In this document: in pieces, positions 39,546-52,177 of the stretch
Position numbering within the stretch: the stretch's first letter is position 1
Layout of the letters: every line of letters starts with the position of its first letter
Origin: Octopus sinensis
Taxonomy: Eukaryota
Direction of reading: 5' to 3'
Length of the DNA: 64,000 nt
Assembly (NCBI RefSeq): GCF_006345805.1
Contig: NC_043008.1
Coordinates: 51,398,001-51,462,000, forward strand
Notes under the pieces: model-generated
Database searches by the model: none
What the model was told of the DNA's origin: nothing
What the model saw: the letters and a program-made list of their open reading frames with translations, nothing else
Translations under genes and position numbers: made by a program

Positions 39546-39752
39546 TATTTCTTTATTGCTCACAAGGGGCTAAACATAGAGGGGACAAACAAAGACAGAC
39601 ATCAACACCAGTGCATAACTGGTACTTATTCGAACCCGAAAAGATGAAAGGCAAAGTCGACCTCGGCGAAATTTGAACTCAGAACGTGACGGCAGACGAA
39701 ATACCGCTAAGCATTTCGCCAAGCGCACTAGCGTTTCTGCCAGCTCGCCGCC
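39546..39752 (-). mobile_element. SINE family A, full length with internal deletion
   Basis: TATTTCTTTATTG...GGCAAAGTCGACCTCGGCG...CTGCCAGCTCGCCGCC. Confidence 0.9.
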
Positions 39753-39790
39753 TTGTGATGAATATATATACACGTGTATATGTATATATA

Positions 39791-39832
<42 letters not shown>

Positions 39833-39836
<4 letters not shown>

Positions 39837-40048
39837 CTCCGTCAGTTACGACGACGACGGGGTTCCAGTTGATCTGATCAACGGAACAGCCTGCTCGTGA
39901 AATTAACGTGCAAGTGGCTAAGAGTTCCACACACGGGAGATTCAGCGTGACACAGAGAGTGACAAGGCTGGCTCCCTTTGTATACAAGTACAACAACAGA
40001 AACAGGAAGAAAAAGTGAGAGAAATTTGTGGTGAAAGAATACAGCAGG
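39833..40048 (-). mobile_element. SINE family C, 3' part
   Basis: Reverse match to 24800-24950 and 22140-22190. Confidence 0.7.
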
Positions 40049-40056
40049 TTTTATAT

Positions 40057-40101
<45 letters not shown>

Positions 40102-40212
40102 ATATATATTTGTAAATATGATGGTAATAAATTACAATAATTTATTACCAGTGGTTAGCATGCATAAATAAAATTCATGAGACATAACATATTTTTAAAA
40201 ATATAAGAACGC

Positions 40213-40447
40213 ATAAAATATTTCTATACAGAGAGGAGAGCCTTGACAGGTATCCTTACATGCTAGAAAGGGCAGATACAACCCAAACCCCTCGAGTTCG
40301 AGATTAGCTAATTCTTTTTTTGTTCGTTCTGGTGTTATAACAGCGTGCCTCATGAATTCTTCTTTTCGTGGTTTGGGTTTTAACTGCCCTTTCTAGCATG
40401 TAAGGAGTCCTTTCAAGGATCTCCTCTCTGTGTATAAAAATATTTAT
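40213..40447. mobile_element. MITE-like element with ~77-bp inverted arms and ~80-bp spacer
   Basis: Arm 40213-40289 is the near reverse complement of 40370-40447 (CCTTACATGCTAGAAAGGGCAG / CTGCCCTTTCTAGCATGTAAGG); another partial copy at 1-65. Confidence 0.75.
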
Positions 40448-40839
40448 ACACTTTATATATATATATATAATGTATGTATTTTCGTGGTGCCAAAACATGA
40501 AACTGATCAATAGAGATCTGTTGAGAGTGCATTGAGTTTGGTATATGTTAATTTATGTGCATATCGTGGGCATTGTTTCTCAAAGCATATAAGTTTTAAA
40601 ACAGATCAAAGTGCTACAATTTATGTCTGACAGAAAAACTCCACAGTATCCGATGCCCTAACTCAATCTTTAATAAAAAATAGCGACTTTCTTACACGTC
40701 CATAAATCTCTCCTCAAGAATTTCAAAGGTCGTCTTGGAGCATGACAACAAGCTGCCATCTACTGACATATTCCGTTTACAATCATTCCAAATCTTTCAA
40801 CCACCTTGATCACTCGGGTGCTTATACGCACACAAACGT

Positions 40840-40860
40840 ATGTACATATATATGTATTTA

Positions 40861-40898
<38 letters not shown>

Positions 40899-40977
40899 TA
40901 TTTATATATATATACATGTATTTATATATATACATGTTTTATATATATACATGTATTTATATATATATATATACATG

Positions 40978-41016
<39 letters not shown>

Positions 41017-41220
41017 TTATATATATATATATATTATATATATATATATACATATATACATGTATTTATATATATATATATATACATGTATTTATATATA
41101 TATAATACATATATACATTTTTATATATACGTGTATTTATATATATATATATATATATGTATATAATTTATAATATATATATCCATAATACATGTATTTA
41201 TATATATATATATATACATG

Positions 41221-41252
<32 letters not shown>

Positions 41253-41329
41253 ATATACATGTATATATACATTATTTATATATATATACATGTATTTATA
41301 TATATATATATATGTATATATATTATATA

Positions 41330-41386
<57 letters not shown>

Positions 41387-41862
41387 CATGTAATATATTA
41401 TATATATATATATATCTACATATTCTATATATATATACATGTATTTATATATACATATTCTTTATATATATACATGTGTTGTATAATATATATATATTTA
41501 TTTATATATATATACATATATATATATATATACATGTATTTATATATATATATATTATATTATATATATTATACATATATACATGTATTTATATATATAT
41601 ATATACATGTATTTATATATATATATATACATATACATGTATTTATATATACGTTATTTTTATATATATATATATATATGTAGTTATATATTGTATATAT
41701 ATATATACATATATACATGTGTATTTATATATATATATACATATTTATATATATTATATATATATATATATTATATATATATTATATAATGTATATATAT
41801 ACAGTATTTATATATATATACATGTATTTATATATATATATATATGTATATATATTTATATA

Positions 41863-41919
<57 letters not shown>

Positions 41920-42600
41920 CATGTAATATATTATATATATATATATATCTACATATTCTATATATATATACATGTATTTATATATACATATTCTTTATAT
42001 ATATACATGTGTTGTATAATATATATATATTTATTTATATATATATACATATATATATATATATACATGTATTTATATATATATATATTATATTATATAT
42101 ATTATACATATATACATGTATTTATATATATATATATACATGTATTTATATATATATATATACATATACATGTATTTATATATACGTTATTTTTATATAT
42201 ATATATATATATGTAGTTATATATTGTATATATATATATACATATATACATGTGTATTTATATATATATATACATATTTATATATATTTATATATATATA
42301 TATATTTATATATATATTATATAATGTATATATATACAGTATTTATATATATATACATGTATTTAATATATATATATATTTATATATATTTATATATTAT
42401 ATGTATATATATATATATATATAATATATATATATTTATATATATACATGTATATTATATATATTATAATATATATTTTATTATATATACATTGTATATT
42501 ATATATAGATATATATATTTATATATATAATATATATATATATATTATATTGTATATATATATATATATATATATGTATGTACATACATATACATACACA
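40840..42600. repeat. ~1.8 kb (TA)n-derived array with TACATGTATTTA interruptions and an internal ~533-bp tandem duplication
   Basis: Rare interruptions recur at a fixed offset (CATGTAATATATTA at 41387 and 41920; ACAGT near 41801 and 42336). Confidence 0.85.
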
Positions 42601-43860
42601 CATATTTATGTATATACGTATACATTTATATGTACATTGTGTGTGTACGTGTTTGTATCTTTCATGACCAAAACCAGAATACATGAATACTTGTCAATAA
42701 TGCAGGTATCATATTAAAAATGGTGCCAATTTATAAAAGTTAGAAAGACATTGAAGAAAAAGGCAGCTACATAGAAAATGTAGATCGAATACCGAAGACA
42801 ATAATATATATATAGCTACATATGCATATAAATACACACACATGCATGCATATATACACATTTACGTACACATAAATACATACGTTGAACAAGGAATCTA
42901 AGACCGTATGTGTATGAAAAACGAATTAAATTCCATCAACTAGTTGATATATATATAACGCTAGGCTGTTGCTGGTGGTGGTTCTACGACACTTGACTAC
43001 GAGGATTCATTTGCTCAATGAACAACTTAACCTGGACCTGAATTAATGTGTAAACGGTTGAGTATTCCATATACGCTTGTATCTTTTATTCTCAGGTAAA
43101 AGTAACCTGACACAGTGTATGACAAGGCTGTAGCTTTTGAATTACAAGTACAATTCATTCGACGGGTTTTTTTTACAGTTTCTTTCGATTCAGTTTCACT
43201 CGTGAGTCTATAATAAAAGAAATTTGCCTAAGATATCACTCTGTGTGGTCGAACATATAATCTCGAGGTTGCGATGCGAACATCTTCTTCACCATTGGCC
43301 ACAATGTGCTTACAATTATACGTGCATATATGCATGCATAAATACATACATACAGACATACATACTATATAAATCATACATACATACATACATACATACA
43401 TACATACATACATACATACATACATACATACATACGTATTGTGGATTCAAGCAATCCGGTATTACTCGTAAAAATTGCACCTTAATGTATCATTGTACAA
43501 ACCGTATACAATTTTTATTAATATACAAAAGAAAAGGCTAATGAAAGTAAAAAAGTCGCAAACGAGAGAAAAATATTTTGATGAACTTTTATTTAACAAT
43601 TACTTGCTATGCGAGTACATCTCCGTAATATTTAACAATAAGAAAACTCCTAATATCACGACAAATCGACAAATTGTTTCGTAACTCAAAAACATGTAAA
43701 TAATTTATATTACCATATTTAGTGATGAATAAATTACTTACATGTCTACATTAATGCAAAATGCAAAAAGAATTGTTCAAAGCGGTGCCCCAACATGGCC
43801 ACAGTCAAATGACTGAAACAAGGCCACAGCCTTAGAGCTGAAACCTAAAAGAATAAAAGG

Positions 43861-43894
<34 letters not shown>

Positions 43895-44059
43895 TATATA
43901 TATATCCTTTTATGTATGTATGTATGTATGTATGTATGTATGTATGTATGTATATATGTATGTATGTATGTATGTATGTTTGTATGTATGTGTATATATA
44001 TATATATATATATTTACATACATACATTCATGCATACATAAATGTGTGTACTTTTTGAA

Positions 44060-44225
44060 TTACAAGTTCTATCCACGCCACGGGCTTCTATGCAGTTTCC
44101 GCCTATGCAATTTTACTCACAAAACATGGATTGATTCAAGGCTATAAAATTGACGTTAGTCCATAATGCCACACAGTGAGATTGAATGCAGGACCTTGCG
44201 GTTGGTAAGCAAACTCCTTATTCAT
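44060..44225 (-). mobile_element. SINE family B, 5' half
   Basis: ACGGGCTTCTATGCAGTTTCCG...GCCACACAGTGAGATTGAA...GTAAGCAAACTCCTTA. Confidence 0.6.
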
Positions 44226-44319
44226 TTGGTCGTATTGCTTGTTTGTTGGAGAAAAGGTACTCACAAAATAAGAAAGCTACTCAGCACTACGGAAAGCAAA
44301 TTTAAATACAAGTTAAAGT

Positions 44320-44507
44320 AATTTGTTGTGAGTAGGGAAGTCGAGTACACCGATGTCTGTATTCAACTGATATTTATTTTTATCGACCCCCGAAAAGATG
44401 AAAAGCAAAGTCGACCTCGACAGAATTTGAACTCAGAACGAGAAGACGGACGAAATGCCGCTAAGCATTTCGCCCTCGCGTGCTAACGACTCCGTCAATT
44501 CACCGCC
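44320..44507 (-). mobile_element. SINE family A
   Basis: GAAAAGCAAAGTCGACCTCG...GAATTTGAACTCAGAACG...CTAAGCATTTCGCC...CACCGCC. Confidence 0.85.
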
Positions 44508-45151
44508 TTAAATTAAGGAAATTTAAAACTTACTTAAATAATTCAATGAAATACTGCTACCTGTACATTAGGATAAAAGATACAACTTTATTAACACTGT
44601 ACTGTGCAAGACACTGCCAAACAGTGCCGCGCAGTAAACTTCCCTGAATTTGATGTTCCTGCTCGTAACTTAGTTTGGATTATAAGAGGTTCCAGAGCAT
44701 CAGTTGTCCTGAAAGTCGAGGTTGCATCCGTATATTGATTTCTTCAAACAATATCTTAAATCCTATAGCTAAAGATGATCTCTATAGATATATCGATATG
44801 TTTACGTTAGATGAGTTACTGACCTACTTTGTCATTGTGTGTCGGAGTTTTCCATGTTTGCTGGTTAGAATGTAGATGTTTTGTGCCATTACTTCACTAG
44901 TTTCACGAAGGCATGTACAGAAATTGTCATTTGTACCTTTATTATAATATTCATCAACTATTTTCGTTAATTATAAGCCTGTTTTTAGCTTTAGTTTTTG
45001 TCTAAGTAATATTTATTGAGTTGGAAACCTGTGGTCATTTATCCCCCTTTGCAAGTAACACATCCATATCCGACTTGGTCATTTTAAATGCGATCTATGT
45101 AAGACAAAATAAACTTGTTATTGCCCGTTTGATTGTGATTTATTGGGGAAG

Positions 45152-45362
45152 TAAAGTATTTTTGACATACAAGTCGAATTTTTCAGACTGAAGTTTACAG
45201 TCAAAAATAGGTAGGTCGACTCATACACCAAGATGGCTTTGGAGGACCCAAAATTCCACGTGAGATGCAGCAGGATTTAGAAAGATAGTGATGATGTTTG
45301 AATGCTTATACTACATGTTTATACTTTATACTACGTCGACTTGTATGCCGGAAAATATTGTA
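45152..45362. mobile_element. pogo/Tigger-like MITE with ~26-bp imperfect TIRs and TA ends
   Basis: Left TAAAGTATTTTTGACATACAAGTCGA versus reverse complement of right end TACAATATTTTCCGGCATACAAGTCGA. Confidence 0.6.
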
Positions 45363-46558
45363 ATAATTTCTGTTTTCCGCACCTTGTTGCTTTTTTAACA
45401 TTTTAATAGAAAAGGAATTAGTTTCCCCGGCTGTTTAAAGGGATTTCAAGACTGGCGAGAGAAAGGGAGGTAGGATGGTACCTTCAAATTGGTGACCTGG
45501 TCCGAATGTTTGTAACAGGGTGAACCCCGCTAAAGTCATTCAAAGTGCAAAGCGGTGGTGTTAAAACGGGTGAACTATTAAGTAGAACATGGTGGTAGAA
45601 TTTGAACTCTGAATCCAGAGCCGTAAGAATTATCACAAGGAAAGCGAGCTGACGTTTTTATGGCCTCCACGATCTATCGCACCGGAAGCATTGACACCCA
45701 CCCTTACCAAAAAGAAAAAAAAATAAAGTGAAGTTTACTTCAACGGAATTAGAACAGAGAAGAATGCAAAGAGCTGGAACAAATACAACAGGGAATTCAG
45801 TCTGAAGGTACACCGGCTCGGTACTACATTTTATTTTCAAACTGGGAAAATAGGTAAAGTCTACCTTAGTAGGATTAGATATCAAAGTCCAGGGAGTCAG
45901 AATAAATATCACGGTGCTTTTTTTTTCTTTTTTTTTCTTTTTTTTAGATATTCTAACAACTTTACTTGCCTGTTGCCGAAAATCTAAGGCTTTATACAAT
46001 CCATTTCCCTAAATTTCTTAACATTCAAAAGGTTTTCTAATAATTTTTGACTGAATTTTCTAAAATACCGTCTTAATGTGGTTAAAATAATATCTTTTTT
46101 CAATAAGTTCTTTTCTTAAAATCAACAGCCGTTTTTCATCAAAATTTTCATCTTTTCACCACTTTCAACCATTATCATTTTTCATAATTATTTTGAATGT
46201 TTTTTTCAGCATTCAAACTAATTTTTTCAAAGAATATCTTTTTTATCAATCTTTCTAAAGCTTGCTTCCTTATAAGGCATTCCTGGAATATTCGTCCGCC
46301 CTTAAACGCCTATGCATATATTAAACAGTCGTTCTGTAACCCTAAAATAACAACATAAAATGGCCACGAGTTAAATTCAAGCCACTCCTCACAAATATAT
46401 TTATATTCACCATTCGACCCTCTTTTTTTCATCAATTTCTTTTAATGTTTCCTTTAATCTTTCGCTTTTTTCCTCTTTTTCTCTTTTCCTTATTTTAAAC
46501 CTTTTCTTCAGCTTGAAGATTTTCAATTGCTCGTTCTGAAAAGATGAGAATGATCGAA

Positions 46559-46600
<42 letters not shown>

Positions 46601-47200
46601 ATTCATATATGTTTACATATATACATACGTACATACATATAAACATATATATATCTATATATGCAGGTATATAATATATGTGTGTGTGTGAGTATGTCTC
46701 CCTCTTTGTATATCTATACATATGTGTGTATGCATGTATGTATGTGCATGTGTGGATGTGGATGTGTATGTGTGCGTGCGTGCGCATGTATGTATGTATG
46801 TATGTATGTATGTATGTATGTATGTATGTATGTACGTACGTATGTATGTATGTATGTATGTATTCATAGGCACTAGTGTGTGATTGTTCACACATGTATT
46901 AGCGGACATACATATTTGATAGCTACAACGTGTATAGTTTTTTTTTGCTAAATATTTGTGTGCAAATATTTCCTGTAAATATATGCATCTGCCTTTATTT
47001 CTCAGTCTGTAGAGACTCTGTCTGAACATTAATTCATCGCCAATTCCTCCTCTACACAAGAATAAGCATACAAGCGGAACTTTGCAGTCCTATGCAGCTA
47101 CATACAATAAAATCTATAGTAAACCATGTTTACTTGCTTGTATGAAACTTGCATGTCCTATAAAAGTAATTTTGTGTAAATGCTGTAATATAGATTCATT

Positions 47201-47375
47201 GGCGCAGGTGTGGTTGTGTGGTAAGATATTTGCATTTCAATCGCATGGTTTCGGGTTCATTCCCACTGCGTGGTGCCATGAGAATGTATCTTCTATTCTA
47301 GCTACGAACCCGACCAAGGACGTGCGAGTGGATTTGGTAGAGTGAAAGAAGCAGTCGTATATAAGTCGTTTCGGC
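47201..47375 (+). mobile_element. SINE family B, 5' half
   Basis: GGCGCAGGTGTGGTTGTGTGGTAAG...GGGTTCATTCCCACTGCGTGG...GTGGATTTGGTAGA. Confidence 0.8.
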
Positions 47376-47393
47376 TTTAATTATATATATATA

Positions 47394-47428
<35 letters not shown>

Positions 47429-47632
47429 AATTCCTTTTAAATCTGCCTCAATTTACTTCCAGTTGTATAGCACATGTGCGGAAGTTTAAATATGATAATT
47501 CCAGCAGGAAACCGAAATCGGTTTATAAATGTTGACGAAAATAAATGAAAAATAACCGAGTTGACAGGATCTTACCTTGTTAATTTCGTCTTCCACTTTA
47601 GGTACCCGGTTACAATATAAAATGCTGATTTT

Positions 47633-47864
47633 AGGCGGTGAGCTGGCAGAAGCGTTAGCAAGCCGGGCGAAATGCTTAGCGGTATTTCGTCTGCCGTTAC
47701 GTTCTGAGTTCAAATTCCGCTGAGGTCGACTTTGCCTTTCATCCCTTCGGAATCGATTAAATAAGTACCAGTTACACACTGGTGTCGATGTAATCGATGT
47801 AATCCTTTTGTCTGTCCTTGTTTGTCTCCTCAATATTTAGCCCCCTGTGGGCAATAAAGAAATA
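47633..47864 (+). mobile_element. SINE family A, full length
   Basis: AGGCGGTGAGCTGGCAGAA head through GGGCAATAAAGAAATA tail. Confidence 0.9.
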
Positions 47865-47899
47865 AATATATAACGCTGGTTTTTAATTTTGGCAATTTG

Positions 47900-48065
47900 A
47901 AGGAGAAGAGGTAATCGGTTACCTCGATCCCAATGCTCATATGATGCTTATTTTATCGACCCCGAAATGATGAAAGGCAAAGTCCACCTCGGTGGAATTT
48001 GCACTCAGAACGCAAAGAGCCGCCAGAAATGCCACTAAAACGTTTGGCGATCGTGCTACGAAGAT
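47900..48065 (-). mobile_element. SINE family A, diverged, inverted relative to the adjacent copy
   Basis: TTATCGACCCCGAAATGATGAAAGGCAAAGTCCACCTCGGTGGAATTTGCACTCAGAACG. Confidence 0.75.
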
Positions 48066-48850
48066 ATTTGATGATACTACAGTATTATGAGGCAGCTTCA
48101 TATGACATGAATATGACAAGTTGTTTTGTATTAAGAGAGAGAGAGTAAAATTTCAGTATTATGACACTATGATGTATCTTAGAAGTATATTAGGTCATAA
48201 ATATGATTTTACTATGACAATGCGCTATTATCATAGCATCGTCACCGCTTCTATTACAAGCAGTAAATTATTGCCATTATCATCGACGCAGCAGCGCCGC
48301 CGCCGCCACCACCACCACCACCACCACCACCACCAGCACAATCATCATCATCATCATTATCATCATGTTCAAAGTTACAACATCAATAACAGCTTAAACA
48401 AGACACAAAACAAAATTATGCAAAGATCAATATATAATATATACATATACATACATACATACATACATAGTACATACACACACACACATATATATATATA
48501 TGTAGACACACACAACTATCGACTCTATATACATACATATGTAGAAATATGTCTATGCACATAAGTATATATATGTACTGACACACGCACACAAACATAT
48601 ACACTCACACATACACACAAGCAATCGATTTTTTTTTCAACACGGGGAAAAGGTATGGAAATTTGAGGAAAAAAGTGATCGAACATTAATTTTATCGATT
48701 CCAAATCCTAATTGATTAAATTATTTCCGGGTATAACTTTTGATTATTAACATATTTGGGACGGGTGGGGGTATTTTATGCAGGGAATTAAGGGGCTACT
48801 TTTGAATGATGTTTATGAGTGTGTTTATAGATGCAGGTGTTTTACGTATT

Positions 48851-48948
<98 letters not shown>

Positions 48949-49075
48949 CTATATATATATGTGCATATATGTGTGTGTGCGCGCGCTGGGCTATAAGTAT
49001 CAATATCTAAATGCATTTTCCAACAAGGGACACATCTGGTATTTTATGCATAGACACGTATGCACACACACACAT

Positions 49076-49152
<77 letters not shown>

Positions 49153-49274
49153 ATATATATATATATACATATATATATACTTACACACACATATATAGAT
49201 CAAGCAAATAAGTAATGTGAGATATAGGTTCGAGGAAAAATGCGGCTATCACAGTATGCACCTTTTACGGACTC

Positions 49275-49650
49275 GGTTACCAGTCTACATAGTAGTCATA
49301 TGTATGTTTGAAAGACCCCCTCCCCGCCACTTCGGTCACAAATGACGAAGGTATTGCATCTAGAAATTTCCTCTCTGAGGTACAAGTCCAGGTAAGGTTA
49401 CTTTACGGATGACCAGTAGTCGCCCATGCATACCAGTCTCCCTTCTCCACGCCACTGATGATGTCCAAAGGAAAGGCAAAGGCCGATACTGCTTGGCACC
49501 AGTGACATCGCTACTCACTTGTACAGCTGTGTGAAATGAAGCAACGTGAAATAAAGTGCCCTGCTCAAGAACACAACACAGCACGGTCAGGGAATCGAAA
49601 TCATAATCTCCCGATTGTAAACCCAATACTCTAACCATTGAGCTCCACAC
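49275..49650 (-). mobile_element. SINE family C-related long copy (reverse of the 58815 type)
   Basis: AAAGGCAAAGGCCGATAC..CTTGGC.CCA.TGAC and CAAGAACACAACACAGC match 58815-59146 in reverse. Confidence 0.8.
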
Positions 49651-49674
49651 CTTCACACACACACACATACACAC

Positions 49675-50228
49675 ACATGAATGTATGTATAAATATATAT
49701 GTATATTCATACATAAATCTACTCATGTATATATCTAGTATGTGCATGTATGTCTAAGTATGAAGTTGCACATGCACATACGCAAGCGTACGCGAACGTA
49801 TGAATATGCACAAGGACATACAGACACATGCATGCAAACTCATACATGCACGAGTAGTTTTTTGTAATAGGAGGCAAAGAACTCAATACGTTCAGTAGAG
49901 GATTTCTATTAATAACTGTGAGGCGGCGTAATTGGATCAGGGTCCGAGACTTTTGTAACAAATAACATTTCTAAAACAACCTTTCTGCGAAACTCTTAAT
50001 GCCTTGAACTATTCATACCGCTTCACATCTTATAAATAGTCTACATAAATAGACACACACACACACACACACACACACATCGATCTGTCTATAAACACTT
50101 ATGTATGTATATATGAATGTATAAATCTATGCCTATATCTCTATTTGAATCTATCTATCTGTACATACATCTCCAAGCACATACATTTGAAGGTTACTTA
50201 GAGACACAAAGCGTTTTATAAGAACCAG

Positions 50229-50298
<70 letters not shown>

Positions 50299-51320
50299 TG
50301 TGTGTGTGTGCGTGCGTGTGTGTGTATAATATTGAGTATGTTATAGAAAGTATGGGCTATTTACGGAGTGCTCGTAGAGAGCCAATGCGATATAATACAA
50401 AGCAGAGGAAAATGTTGATGTGAATAAATATATATGATTTAATTACATTGATTGAGTATCTTCATTTATGCGTTCGGGAATTTGGTTGACTGCCTAGGAT
50501 TTGCATTTTCATTTTGCTCTGCTTTGTATTATATATATGTGTATATATTTATGTGTGTTTCTGTGCTTGCCTCCCCGCCATCGCTTGACAACTGATGTAG
50601 GTGTGTTTATGTTCCCATAACTTAGCAGTTCGGCAAAAGTGATCGGGATAATAAGTACTTGGCTTACAAACGAATAAGTCCTGGGGTTGATTTCTTCGAC
50701 TAAAACCCGGTGCTCCAGCATGGCCGCGGTTTACACGACTGAAACAAGTGAAAGGGTAAAAAAATATGCACACAAGTTCGTTCATATATTCAAATACACA
50801 TGCACATCGAATGAAATACACACATGCACACAATACACATACGTACACATTTATATATGAAGTAACATATGTGTGCACGTATATATTAAAGGGAAATAAG
50901 TATTCACTTGGTAATATTATATCGATGAAGTTTCAACAGAAAAATTGGAAGCCATTTTGATGTAAATACAGTATTTATAAGATGTGAAGCGGTATAAGTG
51001 GTTCAAGGTATTAAGAGTTTCGCAGAAAGGTTGTTTTAGAAATGTTGTTTGTTACAAAAGTCTCGGACCCTGATCCAATTACGCCGCCTCACAGTTATTA
51101 ATAGAAATCCTCTACTGAACGTATTGAGTTCTTTGCCTCCTGTTTGAAAAACTACTCGCGCGTATATGAGTTTGCATGCATGTGTCTGTATGTCCTTGTA
51201 CATATTTATACACTCGTGTACGCTTGTGTATGTGCATGTGCAACTTCATACTTTGACATACATGCACATACTAGATATATACATGAGTAGATTTATGTAT
51301 GCATATGCATACATTCATGT
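49675..51320. repeat. Long inverted repeat: arms 49675-50038 and 50972-51320, ~930-bp spacer
   Basis: Manual alignment gives about 20 differences over ~330 bp, including a 94-bp perfect block (AGGAGGCAAAGAACTC...TTTTGTAACAAA). Confidence 0.95.
50535..50762 (+). mobile_element. SINE family B, 3' half, inside the spacer of the long inverted repeat
   Basis: CATCGCTTGACAAC.GATG...AATAAGTCCTGGGG...GGTGCTCCAGCATGGCCGC...GACTGAAACAAG. Confidence 0.85.
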
Positions 51321-51972
51321 ATAGTTTTATGGAAGCATTTATTTTTCATTAAATTTTGCCCGCAAATTCATTTTAAAGAATTCCCGTGGAACACAGGAAA
51401 GAAGTGGGAAAGAAGAAAACATACAGAGATGGCACAAAATTATCAAGTATTCTTAATCGAGACTTTAGGCCAAAATGGAAAACGTCAGATTTGTACTGTT
51501 ACGTAAATATTTCACGCCGATCAGCCATTGCCGCGTTTACTCGCTTACACTTCATAGCTGTGTTTGTGAATCGTAGCAGATGCATCCATGTTGTTTTTTG
51601 TCTTTTCTTTTCATTTTACTACCCTGCAACAAAAGGACAATGCTCACAGCATATCGACTAAAGTCCTTTTTTTTTTTCGAAATAATATTCCTCACAGATG
51701 TCCAGAGTAATCAGTCATTTGGATATGTAATAACATATACACATTAACTTATTATCATCCGGCTATATAAAAATCATACTGAAAAAAATGTCAAAAATAA
51801 AGAAAAGAAGAAAAGAAAAATAGCTGTGTGAAGTTATTGTGAAGAAATTTATGAATGAAGTTTCATAGAAATTAGGTTATAACACTGCAGTTTGGATAAA
51901 GCAGACATTTAAAAAAAATATACTTTCATTAAATTTTAATTTCCTTTTGGGGGAGCTTTTTAAAATATTGCT

Positions 51973-52008
<36 letters not shown>

Positions 52009-52138
52009 GAGATCAAGACAGAGAAATAAAGTGAGCGAGGGATATATGCATATATAAATGTAAAAATACTGAATACCTTTATCTACCTATCTGTCTGTCT
52101 GTTTGTCTATCTATCCATGTCTCTCCTTCCCCTCTGTC

Positions 52139-52177
<39 letters not shown>

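Noticed and set aside
44720-44770. Minus-strand LKKSIYG resembling copia RT
   Set aside because: Isolated seven-residue match with no flanking RT motifs.
47575-47629. Minus-strand exon candidate (ILYCNRVPKVEDEINK, donor AAG|GTAAGA)
   Set aside because: The acceptor lacks a pyrimidine tract and abuts a SINE; no partner exons found.
51698-51726. Exon candidate (DVQSNQSFGY) in phase with the signal-peptide frame at 6490
   Set aside because: Weak donor, 45 kb away, and no independent support.
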